A stretch of DNA of 63,717 bases, filler included, from Licmophora abbreviata (taxonomy: Eukaryota): assembly GCA_900291995.1 (NCBI GenBank). It is 17 parts of 17 records of this genome, joined end to end, with 100 filler letters (N's around TTAATTAATTAA, not from the genome) between each part and the next. Parts side by side here need not be neighbours in the genome. Positions count along the whole stretch, not along the records: positions 1 to 1,902 come from OLMU01000265.1; positions 2,003 to 6,953 come from OLMU01000266.1; positions 7,054 to 10,959 come from OLMU01000267.1; positions 11,060 to 17,567 come from OLMU01000268.1; 13 more parts are not named here. One strand, given 5' to 3'. Below are positions 1-13,855 of the stretch, in pieces. Numbering within the stretch: the first letter of the stretch is position 1; every line of letters begins with the position of its first letter. The notes below the pieces were generated by a model. It was not told the DNA's origin and made no database searches. It worked only from the letters and a program-made list of their open reading frames with translations. The position numbers and the translations under genes are program-made.

Positions 1-42
1 TAGGTAACAAGTCTTGTCTGGTGCGTGAGTCATCTCGCTCTT

Positions 43-1069
43 CTAGTGATCTTTCTTGGCAACTCTGGCTAGTCCAGCGTTCGGCTCCACCCCTATTATC
101 CTGTCGAATCGCACGTTCTCTCGCAGCCCGTTAGTCACGAAAACGGCGGCGACGATAAAGTGAGCTTTCTCTTCGGCATCGACGACACTCTGTCTCATCC
201 AAGACGTGTTGACAAAGAGACTATAGAATGCCGCGCCCATGAGAGACGTAATCATTCCTTGAGCCAGTCCTTTGTCGAGAGGACAGAGTCCTTTATCGAA
301 TGGAAGAAATTCGCCCCCGCAGCCAGCAATGGCGCCGCAAATCACGGGTCCAAAGAAAGGAAAGCCAAACACGTCACTCGTTCCAATTGTCTCCTGCGCT
401 GCTGCCGTAAATTCCACAACCTCGAAGGCTCGATACGCCTCGTAAAGAACAACAATTCCAACCTTTTATGGCAGTGAAATGGGTGTTGCAGCGCATAAGT
501 TCCATACTCAAAACAACTCACGAGTCTCTCTCTCTCACTCTCTTCCTTGCTCGCACATACCTTGAGTGCGTCGGAAATCTCGAGCACACTGCGAAACATA
601 GGGATGAACTTGTGCACGAGGAACGCAATGAGGACCGCCAGTGCGAACGAATCTAGAGCAATCGGCACGGGGATCGAGTGGAGCAAAATGGGAACTATAA
701 TGGCACCACCGGTTACTTCCAGGAAGAATCGACTCAGCAAATAAGACGTTGGCACCGATCCCTTGACATGATGAAACACATGGGCTCCTGAATGCGAAGG
801 AGAAAACAAGGAGCGTGGAGCGCATTGAGAACCTAGCACATAGCGACACATTATAAGATCACCATGTGTTCCCTACCATGCCACAGAGCATACCCCACCA
901 TGCCCATAAATCGCACTTCCATGTGATGCATGAGCAAGAACTCTGCCAAAGTTCCAGTCACCATCCAGCCCGTGGTGTCGTTGAATGGCTCAAGATCCAC
1001 GGCATTCTCTTCGCTTCCGCGCTGCTGCATAGCCTTCCAAAGGCCAGCGATGATCGTGCGAGCACCCAT
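43..1069 (-). CDS. TRIC/TMEM38-like multi-pass membrane protein, paralog 1 (3 exons; introns ~788-876 and ~463-560)
   Basis: Spliced product has two hydrophobic halves with Gly-rich motifs (TGGAIIVPILL; GAIAGCGGEFLP), typical of the TRIC/UPF0126 repeat. GT-AG junctions restore the frame. Confidence 0.55.
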
Positions 1070-1551
1070 GGTAACCTGCTTGTCCGGGCGGAAGAGCGTA
1101 GCGTTCTGTTGTTCAACGCTGATGGAGCATCATCATCAACGCGCCGCCGCACTTCGGTTATTCTTCTCAAAAGGTGCCGCGGTTTGGCGGGAAGTCTCTG
1201 GGCAAACTGTAGCGTTTGCGGGAAACAAGATAAAAACGAAGGTCTTGTCGTAACTCGGGCGCTTGGGAGTGAGAAGGTCACTGACGTCATTGATGATTCC
1301 ACGCGAAAGACGCGAGTTTAGTCAAGTCGAGTCGTCACGGATGTCGCCAGCAATAGGTAGATGGTGCCCGAAGACAAGTATCTGTGCAGGAATTCGTTCG
1401 TTAACTTAGCTTAATCAAAACTACTTGTCGTCCTGCCTATAGAACACTGCAAGATACACCTACACGATGCCGTAATTGACAAGAGCACGCAACGCGAAAA
1501 TGGAGGTAATGTCGATCGTCGCCCACGGCACTCCAAACTGAACGGTAGCCC

Positions 1552-2623
1552 TCAATTCTCCTTCTTGGTGCTTGTAGCAAACCTAGGTTTGAAAATCATG
1601 GATAGACCAGCATCCAGATACAGCCCATAGGATACAAAGAAGAGCGCCACGACGAAATGGGCCTTCTTGGCAGGTTCGATCACGCCATCGCTCAACGATG
1701 TATGGATGAACAAATGATAGAACGTCGCCGCGACAAAAGCAGTCGCCATGTTGGGCGCCATTCCATTGTCGAGAGGCTTCAATCCTTTGTCAAGAGGCAA
1801 GAATGCCCCTCCACAGCCCGCAATGGTACCGCAAAATATGGGACCAAAGAGGGGGAAAGAAAACTCGCTGGAGGGAATAGCAGTACCGGCGGCGGTCGTC
1901 AGNNNNNNNNNNNNNNNNNNNNNNNNNNNNNNNNNNNNNNNNNNNNTTAATTAATTAANNNNNNNNNNNNNNNNNNNNNNNNNNNNNNNNNNNNNNNNNN
2001 NNACTCGCTGGAGGGAATAGCAGTACCGGCGGCGGTCGTCAGTTTGACCACCACAGCGGCACGCATCGTTTCATACAGGATCACCACGGCGCCCTAGAAA
2101 GGGTCGATATGAAGGAAACGGATCAGTCCAACACGACAGTCCATGTAGAATCATAGTTCAAACACATACACACTCACCTTGAAAACACGAGACAGCGACA
2201 AGACCTCCCGGAGGATTGGGAAGTAGGTATGCAGCAGGAAGGACACAAGGATGGCGATAGGATACGCATCGGTCGACAACGGAACGGGCACTGAGTTGAT
2301 AAAGATAGGCACCAGAATACCGCCACCCGTACACTGAAGAATCATGCGGACGAACTTGTAAGAGAATGGAGTAGTCGGCGTGAAGGACGAAAACACCTTA
2401 CTCCCTGCAGAAACAGAAACAACGAAAGAAAGGATAAGAATCGTTCACCCGTTCGATTGGGAGTAGGATAAAGAAGCACAGACGCACCGTGCATGTAGGT
2501 GTACCCCAACATACAGAGATACTTGATCTCTTTCGTGTGCAGGAGCAAGAACTCCGCCGCCGACGACGCTATCATCCACGCAGTGGGATCGACGAACTCC
2601 GCTCCTCCCTGTTTTCGCGCCAT
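1552..2623 (-). CDS. TRIC/TMEM38-like membrane protein, paralog 2 (spans gap 1903-2002)
   Basis: Collinear with paralog 1 (AEFLLLH, CTGGGILVPIF, PLDKGL.PLD.G, KAHF.VA) and with equivalent intron positions. Confidence 0.55.
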
Positions 2624-3009
2624 GGTCAATGTGCTGATTTTGTTCTGGTCGTAAGACACCGGCGACGGATTGAAAGTTGAAGACGATTGCTTGAGGTGCG
2701 GGAAGCGTTGTGTTTGTGATCATGATGTTGAAGCCCGATCCTTTTGTCGTTTCGCGGCGCGCCAAGTTGAATTCTCACGGAGAGCTGCGTGATGGCCCGC
2801 TCTTGCGCGCGTGCATGCCCTGTGCCGTACAAAAAGTGTACCTACCGGTTTCATTGCGACGAGATAGAATATCCGGGCTAGGTATGTCGCAAGGCGACGG
2901 GGTTATTCTTCATAACCCCCTAGCTCGTAGAAGCACGCTGAGTGGTAAGTATAAGACACAACAAACCTGTAAGAGTTGATGCCAGCCCTCTTAGAAACTT
3001 TAGCCCAAC

Positions 3010-6000
3010 CTATGCCACGTCGCTCAAGGCATTAATCCCTGACTGATTCTCGATAAACTCAAGCGAGTACTTGTTGTCGTCGCAAATCGTCTTTAGCTCG
3101 TCGTGTCGCGTCTGAATGGTCTTGTGCATGGCTCGAAAAGCCCGCATAAATGAGCCTCGATGTCGTTCCATGTGCATACCGTGCGTCTGGAGCAATTCGA
3201 TGCACCACCGCAGGTAGAACTCGACGTGCGGCGACGTCGACATGCACTTGGAGATAACCTGCATGAGCCGTTCAAGATGTTCCGGGCCCACCGAGCGGAC
3301 AACATACGGTATCGAGTCATATGCTGTTTGTTCTAGTACTTCCTTGACAAGTCCGAATTCGTTCAAGTGCAATGCCATCCGAAGGGCCATGCCGTAGTCT
3401 CCCGACGACAACTTGGCACTCACGGTGCCGGGTGTAATTGCCTCCGTCAGGGAGATGGGATCAAAAATCATGTCATCGTCCAGCGAGTACACGTGCAGAC
3501 CTTCTCCCGACACTGCTGCCCACTCTCGACCCGTCGACGAGAAAGCGACTTGATGTGTCAGAACCTCGACACGGCTGCTCCGTGAACCGTCATCGCCGCG
3601 CTTGGCTCCGGGGAGGGTCAACGCATTGAAGGTCGTCTCGTCGCCCGAATCCGCGTGGTCGTCTATGGGACCTCCAGCTCCAAGATTCTTGGAATGTAGC
3701 TAGGAGGAGCAAAAAGAGGCGGCGCCGCGTGTGAGTTCCTAACAGATCAAAACAGTAGAATCGGCATCGACACAGAGATCAGATAGAACACAAGGGAATA
3801 ACGCTCAGACATCCAAGGAAGTGATGCTACTCCACTGGGCGTAAGCCGTCAGCAATGCTGCGAACGTTTATGGGAAGTTCATCATCATGGCGCTTCCCCT
3901 TGGTTCACTTTCTTCTCATCGACACACCCCTTCACGCTTTCGACGTACCTCGTCCAAGACACCGTCCAGACTACGGTTGAAAGTCACTTGAAATTTCTTG
4001 AGTAGCATCTGCTGCGATACTTCATATATACATACATATTTGGAGTTGCCTCCTGCAAGCACGCAGGATCCGTCTGCGGAATAGCAAACAGACGTAAAGT
4101 ATCGCGACGATGCGTTGTTGTCTGCCGCCATCCGATCGTTCAGCTTGCGACCTGTTCGGTGACAAGAAATGAGCGAGACGGTCAGTCATAGAGCAAGACA
4201 ACAACCTTACTTCTGATGAGCACAGCGAATAACGTACCTCCTGCAATATCTCGCCTCCCGTCAATCTCAAACTTGAGTTTGGCATCCTCGACATCCCAGA
4301 AGCTAAGCAGTCCACCAATCGTACCTGTACACACCTCTTTTCCGTCTGGTCGAAAGGTCACGCAAACCACATCTGATGTGTGCTGGACACTCTCTGACGG
4401 GACGTTCCCCTTATAGAGGTCCCAAAATTTAACACTGCCGTCCCAAGACGCGGATGCCAGCATACCGCCGCTTGACTGAAACGTCAAGTCACATACCGGA
4501 CCCTCGTGGCCCGTCAGTATATCCATGAGTTTTGCCGTTTGCAGGTTCCAAACGTAGATATGAAATGGATCTGCCGTACCTGCCGTGACGATTTCGCCAC
4601 TGGGATCGACGGCAATGCTCAAAAATTGCACGGGAGTCGGTGTCGTGAGCGTCTTGAAGGTTCGATACCGATGCAAATCATGGGCGCGAACGGTCCCGTC
4701 CAAACTAGCACTCAGAACGACACTGGAGTTAGCAAAGGTTACAGCTGAAATGGGTGCCGTATGCGACTGTTCCAAAGTGACATAGCAAAAACCGCTCGTG
4801 GCATTCCACAATTTCAGCTTGCCATCTTCACCTCCAGTACAAATGACAACACCGTCAGGCGAGTATGCCATGGTGCGCATACCGTAGGCGTGTCCGCGTT
4901 GCTTTAGCACGTACGTTTCGGAACGCCATTCCCAAACCAACAATTGCTGCGAAGTAGGACAGCCTAGCGCTAACCAGTCTCCCGACCGATTCAAGACGCA
5001 CGTCTTGATGAGTTGGTTGGACCCCACGGAGAGCGTATGGATGTTGGATACCGACGGCAGTTCGTACAATCCAAACAGCCCCGAAGAAAAGCCAACTACC
5101 AATAGCTGTGCCTTGTCGCAATATGACGTACAAGTTATATCAGCACCCTCTTGTTGAAAGTAATGACGCGATCCAATCTTCCATCTAGCTGTGACGAGGG
5201 CGTGCGCCTGCGAGTGTAGGGCGGTGTCGGTGTCATGGAGAGGACCGCTCACTCCAAAATACTCTGCGGCATCGTCGACTTGTACGTCATCATTTTCTGC
5301 CATTTCGACGTCCATATCGACTTCCTGTGCATCATATTGACACTCCCAGCTAACGAGCGCCCCGTCCTGACTAATGGTGTAGCACGAGTCAATCGTCCCA
5401 CTCGCAGTTTTGCTAGTAAGATACACACCAACGATCGCACTCTTGTGACCACTCAGCGTGACGGGCTGATAATTTCGCGTCGTATTCAGTGTCCAAATAC
5501 GGGCTGTACAGTCTCGACTGCCTGCCACCAGGGCACTGGAGTCACTACTCCAACACAGACATATGACATCGTCTGATTGTCCGGTATAGGTCCGATGGAG
5601 GACGAGTGGAGCAAACTCTTTTCGGAAATGATTCGGGGCATGCCATACTTGTACATGCTTTGAATGAGAGACGGCAATATAAGCATTGTTGGGACTGAAC
5701 TTTATGCACCTGACCGCATGCTTGAACTTGTGTCGATGAAGTACAATTCCTCGGTGGAAATTGAGAATGAGCGCATAGTTCTTGACATCGACCACAATTA
5801 AGACTGCATCATCTTTCGAGATCGCCATGTATCTTATATTGCTTCGAGATTCAACAGGAAGAGTTCGAACGGTATGCGTAGTAAGATCCATGACCTGAAC
5901 TCGATTGCCCGTGGCGGAAATGAGAGTGTTTCCATTGGAAGTGTAGAGCAGATTGCTCCCGCTGGCTTGTTTCGATGAAGACAGGAGAGGATGGCCGTAG

Positions 6001-6041
6001 TAGGCACCGCACAATCTCTGAAGCTTGTAGTTAAACTTCAT
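3010..6041 (-). CDS. PWP2: Periodic tryptophan protein 2 / UTP1, WD40 SSU processome subunit (multi-exon)
   Basis: N-terminus MKFNYKLQRLCGAYY; motifs QLLVWEWRSETYVLKQRGH, SASLDGTVRAHDLHRYR, CVLAGGNSKYVCIY; Utp12-type C-terminus SPHVEFYLRW. Confidence 0.95.
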
Positions 6042-6336
6042 CGTAGGAACAAGATACGCGATGAACAACAAGAGAAACGCCGCCAAGTCTTCCTCTTATG
6101 CTGGGCGGCCATCTCGGGCACTTGATTCGAAAAAGTGACGAAATATTTGAGATGAAAATCGGTTTCGTGGTGGACGATCTCTACACCCATAACCTTTTAT
6201 GATCGTTTGACGTCATGTGCGAACCCCATTCTCTAGCCGACACGATGAGTGGGTGCTCTTCTCTCCATCAAGAGGAAGCGAGTGGTGTGCTCCCCCGTGC
6301 TCCATTTTCTCTCTCGTTTTCATTGGTGCTATTACC

Positions 6337-8067
6337 ATGTCGCTGGTTTCAGCAGCAAGGAAAGTTGCAGCACGTAGTGCTACGCAGCAAACGGCTCGTG
6401 CGTTCTCGGCAGCGGGAGCCGATGTCTTGGCAGGGAGCGGGTGAGTAGGTCTGGCGTCGGAAGATATTGGCGCCTTTTCTCTATTGCAGACTTGGGTATT
6501 TCATCTATTAGGAACGTTATTACTGTATTCCAATGAGCGCTATCTCACCGGCCGTCGACACCTCATCGCGTTTCACCTCTTCCTTCTACTCGCAGCTCCT
6601 ACACTGGCTTCTTGTCGGATCAAGATCGCATCTTTACGAATCTCTATGGCGAGCAGGATTGGCGTTTGAACGATGCCAAGATGCGCGGCGACTATCACCT
6701 CACGAAAGAAATCATGGGCATGGGTCCCGACTGGATCGTCCAAGAAATCAAGGACTCTGGACTGCGGGGACGCGGCGGCGCCGGCTTTCCCTCTGGACTC
6801 AAGTGGAGTTTCATGCCCAAGCAGACGGATGGGCGTCCGAGCTTTCTCGTAGTCAATGCTGACGAAAGTGAGCCGGGGACGTGTAAGGATCGAGAAATCA
6901 TGCGCAAGGACCCGCACAAGCTGGTGGAGGGATGTCTGCTGGCGGGCTATGCCNNNNNNNNNNNNNNNNNNNNNNNNNNNNNNNNNNNNNNNNNNNNTTA
7001 ATTAATTAANNNNNNNNNNNNNNNNNNNNNNNNNNNNNNNNNNNNNNNNNNNNGCGGCGTATATCTACATTCGTGGAGAGTACTTTAACGAAGCTGTCGT
7101 ATTGGACGAAGCCATTCATGAGGCGTACTCGGCAGGACTCATTGGGAAGAATGCCAGCGGAAGTGGATATGACTTTGATGTCTATCTTCATCGTGGGGCC
7201 GGTGCCTATATCTGCGGAGAAGAGACGGCTCTAATTGAATCTCTAGAAGGACGACAGGGAAAGCCGCGGTTGAAGCCTCCGTTTCCAGCGGGAGTCGGCC
7301 TGTTTGGATGCCCTTCCACTGTCACGAACGTCGAGACAATCGCTGTGGCTCCGACCATTCTTCGCCGTGGCGCATCGTGGTTTTCCTCCTTTGGAAATGA
7401 AAACAACCGTGGAACCAAGCTGTTTGGTATTTCGGGGCATGTCAAAAATCCAATGGTGGTCGAAGAGACCATGTCGATTCCCTTGAAAGATTTGATCGAA
7501 AAACATTGTGGCGGTATGCGGAATGGTTGGGACTCACTGCAAGCTTGCATTCCCGGTGGTTCCTCTGTACCAGTCTTGAACAAGACACACTGCGATGAAG
7601 CGATTATGGAGTTTGATGACTTACGGTCCCGTGGATCAGGCCTTGGAACCGCTGCAGTCACCATGTTTGACAAGTCGGTAGACATGGTGGGTGCCATTCG
7701 TCGTTTGTCGCACTTTTACAAACACGAGTCGTGCGGACAGTGCACTCCTTGTCGAGAGGGAACGTCGTGGCTCGAGGAAATCTTGATTCGTATGGAAAAG
7801 GGCGATGCCGATAAGCGAGAGATCCCAATGTTGGAAGAGATTTCGCGTCAAATCGAGGGACATACCATCTGTGCTTTGGGTGATGCTGCGGCATGGCCGA
7901 TCCAGGGACTCATTCGTCACTTTAAGAAGGACATTGAGGATCGCATTGACGATCCTGCGTCGTTTGATCATGATGCTGCGTTTCAAAAGGCGTGGAGCGG
8001 AGATCCTTTCGACAATGCCAAATGGGTCAAGGAGCATGGAGCCGGCATGACTTATGCCAAGGCGTAG
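6337..8067 (+). CDS. NDUFV1: NADH:ubiquinone oxidoreductase 51 kDa flavoprotein subunit (mitochondrial presequence; intron ~6441-6594; spans gap)
   Basis: [53 protein letters not shown] and the 4Fe-4S motif [12 protein letters not shown]. Confidence 0.98.
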
Positions 8068-8430
8068 GGCGGTGCGTGAGGCGTGGTCCAAATTCATTGT
8101 AGTCGTATGAGTTTAGTTTAGCATGATTACTAGCTGGTTCAGTGTCATCGGATAGAGATTGCTTGGGCTCATGGATAGGAGGGTGCCGAGAGCGGCACTT
8201 TTGTCGTACCGGTTGTTTAGTTCCGACACTCATCAAAGACAAAAGAGCTCTATCTGCACTATCGGCTTGCTTGCCTTTTGAAACCCGAAAACGTGAAAAC
8301 CCGGATGTAAGTACGTGTTCGTCGTTGCGCGCGGTGCGCGACCGCGATCTTCAATCTTTCATCGCATGACACCTCATCAACCCATTCCGTCACTTAATTC
8401 AGTTCAGGGAGGCATTGTGTGTTGTTGACC

Positions 8431-9347
8431 ATGCCGATGATTCGTAACTTTCTGACTGCTGCTTTTGCAGTACTGATCGCTCTAGAGAATGGGGCGAACG
8501 CGTTCAGTTCCATGCAAATGTCAGTCGAGACGGATTCCCGTCGTGCCTTCTTCTCCAAGGCCACAGGCGCCACAATCGCCGCCGCTACTGCTCTCGGCAC
8601 ATCGGGAGTATTGGCGCCCAGTGCTGCCAACGCCGTCTCTGGAATGAAAAAAGTAAACGCTAAGCTTCAGAGCTTCGGTCTTCCTCCTGCTCTGCCGATC
8701 GATGGGCTAATCCCAATAGCAGAGATCTACGGACAGGGTGCAAATCGCTTCCCTTTGATGGTCACCTTTTCCGCTCCTTTCGACTGGGTGATTACATATC
8801 CGAGCAACAATGTTAACGGAGAGGACGGCACTATCCAAGCTGGAGAGTATGCCAAGGGCGACACTGCTACTCTCTTTGTTAACACGGACCTCGGAAATGT
8901 CAAGGTAGGCGGGATGGCGAACGCTACGCGATAGTGCATGTGACGCCGCAGTCGCGATCCTTCTCACATCCGTCACACACGGGCCTCGTCGCTTCTTTTG
9001 CATCGTAGAATATTGCTGATCAGGGTAAAGACTTTTATCAGAACGCCATCATCAAGGCAATTTCTCAGAAAGGTAGTAACATCTATCAGAACTTCAAAGT
9101 GACGAACATTGAGCCGGGCGCGAATGGATACGTTTTGGTTGATTTCAAGTACGAACTTCTGACGGGAGCTGGGTTTGAAGTGGACCGTAAGGGCGTGGCA
9201 TCCATTACCAGCGAAGGCGCCGCGGTCGAAGTCCTGTGGTGTGCCGTGACTCGACAGAGGTATCCCAAGCAGGAACAGACTCTGCGGAAGATAGCGTCGA
9301 GTTTCCGCTGCTACGCGGATGGCATCAAAGTGGATACGTTAGCTTAG
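8431..9347 (+). CDS. PsbP-domain thylakoid lumen protein (intron ~8905-9008)
   Basis: Tripartite leader: signal peptide ending ANA-F, twin-Arg SRRAFF, then hydrophobic stretch to ANA. PsbP-like C-terminus (FKYELLTGAGFEVDRKG...LRKIASSF). Confidence 0.7.
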
Positions 9348-9566
9348 AAACGAAAGAGGAGTCTTGCGTGCTTGACTACGATGCGATAGTAGAGCGAGGC
9401 GATGGCATGGCTAATAACGATTACGGGAATGTCTAAACCGACACGACGAAGAAACCGAGCTGTAGAGACTAAGTTAGCAGTGAAACGGCATTATTTGGAA
9501 ACGTCGAATCTGGCTCATTTCTTGTGACCCCTCATGGGGGCGCGCACTTCCCCACAAAATCATGTC

Positions 9567-12500
9567 TCATGGCCAGCGAAACTGCAAAGACGCATCCGCA
9601 AAATCAGACCCAAAGTCGTGCACCACCGAATCATCGTCGTGCAGCCCGCTAGCAGCGAAGTAATGAGGACGAACAAGATTTGTCGTCCTTCGAGTTGAGC
9701 GCCGCTGCCCTTGCATGAGCGCAGCAGTTTCTGGGTCCGAGGCTAGGGCCTGCTGGTAAGCGTGCTCTGCCGCTCTCTCGAGATTCGCAATGACAGAAAG
9801 GAGCGGGAAGAAATCCAAGTGTGGATAGCAATTGGAATTTTGAACAGATTCGAGGTTCGAAAGAGTCCTTGGCACACCGGGCGACAGTAATCTTCTGAGA
9901 GAAAGGAGTAGAACAACGAAAATAAGAAACGATACCAACACGGCAATTTCGGGAATCCGCTGGGACGTGGAACGCACCTGTTTTCGTCCTGATACACAAT
10001 CTGGGACATTAGGTCAGCTCTCGACCGCTGCGCGCTTCGAATCGCTACCGGAAGCAGTGCAAGTCGCGCTTGGTCATGCGTTGACAAAGAATGTCGCAAC
10101 AGTGCGGGTAGGTCGCACAAAGAAGATGGGACATACCCTGGAAGAAGCATATCCTCAAATGAGAGACGGGCTTCCACAGCATTTTGAGTCGCCATGCCTG
10201 AATTTTCTGGATCGACAATCGGGTCTTCATGCTCCTGAAGGTCAAAGCTGGCAGCAGTGGCAGAATACCCACATATTACTTCAGTTTCGCCTCGACCTCG
10301 AGCTTCAGTCTGTGCAAGCAGACGGCGTTCCCTGACGCTGGATGGAAGTGTCATAAACGCCTCAGCGTCTCCGAAGAAGTAATTGTTGTCATTCCAACCA
10401 AGCTCATGGAGACGTTCAAAAGAGTGTCTACGCGTAGGAAGCAACGAAAAGAGTGAGACGAGACCGGGACCACACTCAACATGTGTTGTCGACGGAAGCC
10501 TACGCACGTTTTTGCTTTCTTCTTTGCTGCATCCGCCTGGTCTGCACTCCCATCGTCAACAAGATCAGAACCGAAGCCCGGCACAGCGCCAGCGAGAAAC
10601 GGCAGGGCACCACCCCTCATCGCATCTTCCAAGAGCGCCGCATCGCTCACTTGCGAGAACTGCGAGGATAGTTTGTCCATGGTCGCACAAGCAGCGCAGT
10701 CGCCGCCTCTTAGCGTTTCCAATTGTGACTCGTTCACTGGTAACGTCGGCGCCGGCAATCCAACGGGACGGGACGCGCACCAGAGATTGACTGCGCCATT
10801 CAGCAAGAATTGTGCATGCTGAGCGACGACATCTGGTCGGAGCACACAGGGCTCGACGGCGTTGTCTTTAACGGGACCACCGACACCAATAGGGCGAAGC
10901 GAATCGTTCCGTGGTGGAGGGAAACCGTATTCGATGTTCCATGGAAAACGATACGACAGNNNNNNNNNNNNNNNNNNNNNNNNNNNNNNNNNNNNNNNNN
11001 NNNTTAATTAATTAANNNNNNNNNNNNNNNNNNNNNNNNNNNNNNNNNNNNNNNNNNNNGACAGCCCTGTATTGTTGCAAAGCCGGCTATTCCAAACCGT
11101 TTCTGAAGCCGTCGACAGAATACCAGTTCGCTTCTTCGCCCGAATAGTCAGAGGAGCATATCGCGATGTATCGCACTGTCGATAGGTCCCCTTAAAACAG
11201 CATGAGTCGTTGACGTTTGCGGGAAGTACACATGGAGGACACGCGGCAAAAATCGTGCACTCATCCATGACCAGTGCCGCGGGGCATAGCTGACCACCGA
11301 CCAGCACTTCACACGAGAAGTCTTTGGAGGCCAGAGATAAAAAGTTTTCTCCTTTGATTGTGAGAAGGGAAACTTCGTTTGGACGAACCGCCTTGGGATA
11401 AACGCTCAGAATTAATGATGAAGCCGAAAGAGATTTGTCAGAGCCCAGGCAGACGTCGACAGAGGGGTTCGCCTGGTTGGCGATAGCGGCTGCGCATGCT
11501 TTGTCGGCGGCACGGGCGAAGAGCTGAAGTTCATTGACGATTCTGCGCAAGTCGCAGCCACAAAGTTTAGCAATGTCCACGAGACAATTCTTGGCAGTTG
11601 ACGCATCGCGGCCCTTTCGAAGCGCGAAGCCCTGGCTCTTGATAACCTGCCACATTCTTGACGAGCAGTCTACGGGCGACGGCATCGTTGTCTCCAGGGT
11701 GCGGAAGCGAATAGACCGCAGGCTAACAGGGATCGTGTTCGCAGTCAAGAAGATAGGGCATTTTGCTCTCTTGGCCACCGTACTGAGCGCTGTCCAGAAT
11801 CCACTATCCCCTTCGTCCTCATATATATTGTCGACTAGCAACAGAGTTGAACCATGCGATGAGGATATGTTAGGAACCAATCAACTGCCTTTCACAACAC
11901 AACACAAAACTCGACGTACCTTCATCAATAAGAATGACGACAACCGACGAACCTCGCTCTCCGACGTCTCTGTCGTCGTCACTATCATCGAAGGCCATCG
12001 CTTCTTCTTGATCGCTCGTCTTCTTGAGCATGTCGAGGGACGAGTCGCTCTGAGTAGCTTCCTCGATCGCGTGCTTGAGAGCCGTTCCACTTCGCTTCTC
12101 AGAAGTGTTGATCTCCAGCACCAGACAATCACTTTGCTTGGCTACAGCGTGGACAAGAGCGGTCTTTCCACTAGCCGTCGGTCCAGTGATCAAACAAACG
12201 TTGCATAAACCGTACTCGTCATCGTCCGAGTCTTCCCATAATTCATCCTTGTATGCAGTCTTAAGTTTGCGCTTCTTTGTTTGCAACAAAGCCTTTTGCT
12301 TTTCTGCCCGGCGGTTGTGTGCCTTTCGACGCTCGACCTTCCAATTTTCCACAAAGTTCAGCATCCGCTCTGCAGTCTCCTTGTTGCGCGCGCCACACAC
12401 ATCGTCAGGCAAACTGTGGATACCAAATTTATCGCACCAGAGTGATCTGTCACACGACGAGGTTTCATTTCCCTCCAGTGGGGGGTGCAGCAACGTGGCA

Positions 12501-13579
12501 AGCAACGCTTGCAGAGGATCGTCTAGGGCAGTTGCGGCGTCGATCAGCGGGTCGCCGGGCACTGGCAGTAGGCGAGGACACTCGTCGCCTCCGTTAGGAT
12601 CTGTAGTGTTTACACCGGCGCGGTAACTCACACCACTGCTAAGACGCACCCGAGCTTTCGCGAGGTCTTTGAATTTCACAAAAGACTCTCCCTGACCAAA
12701 GGATGGTGATTTGTCAATATTTGTAATCCCAACGTGAGACGGCACCGGGAATCGGACAGCCAGCGGTTGAGATGGCGGCTGCTGGACTGTCGACTTGGGT
12801 GCCTCGCTTGCGGGTTTTGACGAATCGCCCTGTTGCAGCTGCCTCGCTTGCATCCGTCGCTGTTGACGCTCTCGATCTCGCAGCGCCTCCGCACGGCGCT
12901 TCGCCATGAATTCAGCAGCACGGTGTTCCGCCAATGCCGCCTTCTGCTCTTCAGGCCTGGTGAATATCGAAGCAAAAGACGCCTTCTTACTGGATATCTT
13001 GGCATCCTTCTTCTTTTTGCGAGAGTCGAGAAGGGGTAAGATGCTGGTAGGTGGTTTCTTTCGCTGGCGCTTTTTGGAAAGAGTATCAACGGAACTCGCT
13101 TGCATGTCAGCGAATTTGGGATGTGTGGCTACAAGACGCTTTGGCCTACCCGTTGCAAACGTCTGATCTGGCTTCGGACTGACGACTGGTTTGGAAGAGT
13201 CCTTCTTTACTGAAGAAACGCTGATAATCGGAGTCGGGTGGGGCTTCTCTGAATGGCCGCTCTGTTTGGGTTTCAGGATTCCAATACAGTTTTCCATCAC
13301 CGGATTTGAAACGAGACTCTGAATTTGGTTCGCCGGTTCCACGACCTTGGCACTCGATCGAGCCGCGTCTTCCATTTTTCGTCGACAAATTTCTTCATGA
13401 CGACAAGCTTCCTGGAAGTTTCGATACTGCTTTCCGCAGACGTCGCAGAGCCAGACTTGTATTGTCTTGCGAGGTGGCGCTGAAGGTCGGTGTGGCGATG
13501 ATGCTTCGTCCATTTTGTTGTCTTTTGTGTTGAGGCTGGTTTCTCTAGAGATGATGGGCTTCATCAAATGACGCAGCAT
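9567..13579 (-). CDS. ATAD5: ATAD5/ELG1 RFC-like PCNA unloader (multi-exon, spans gap 10960-11059)
   Basis: Walker A ITGPTASGKT, VLEINTSEKRSG, Walker B ILIDE, KCPIFLTAN, CDLRR. The C-terminal DFFPLL...RPHYF resembles the ATAD5 C-terminus. Joining across the gap is inferred. Confidence 0.8.
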
Positions 13580-13855
13580 CGTTAAGAATATCCTGAGGTT
13601 CCAAAAATGCCCTGTGTGGCGATGAAAGAACTGCCAGGACGACCTTCATCAGCGATCACCTCCACCATGGACGCCGGTCAAAAACTGGCTTTGTTCGCAC
13701 ACATAGAATAAACTGCGCCCGCATTTTTGGCGCGCGAGCTCGCTAGTGCGAGCTACGCAGAAGCACCATCCGGGTTCTAATGTAATTCAGTATTAGTGGC
13801 TGTTTAGCAGAATATATTTACGAGCTAGATACTCTCTTTACTTAAGGATTCGGCG

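Noticed and set aside
1863..2042. About 40-nt direct repeat on both sides of the gap
   Set aside because: Unmerged overlapping contig ends inside a coding exon.
6041..6337. Short divergent intergenic spacers (also 21953-22375 and 28672-28960)
   Set aside because: Ordinary for compact algal genomes; no specific motif could be supported.
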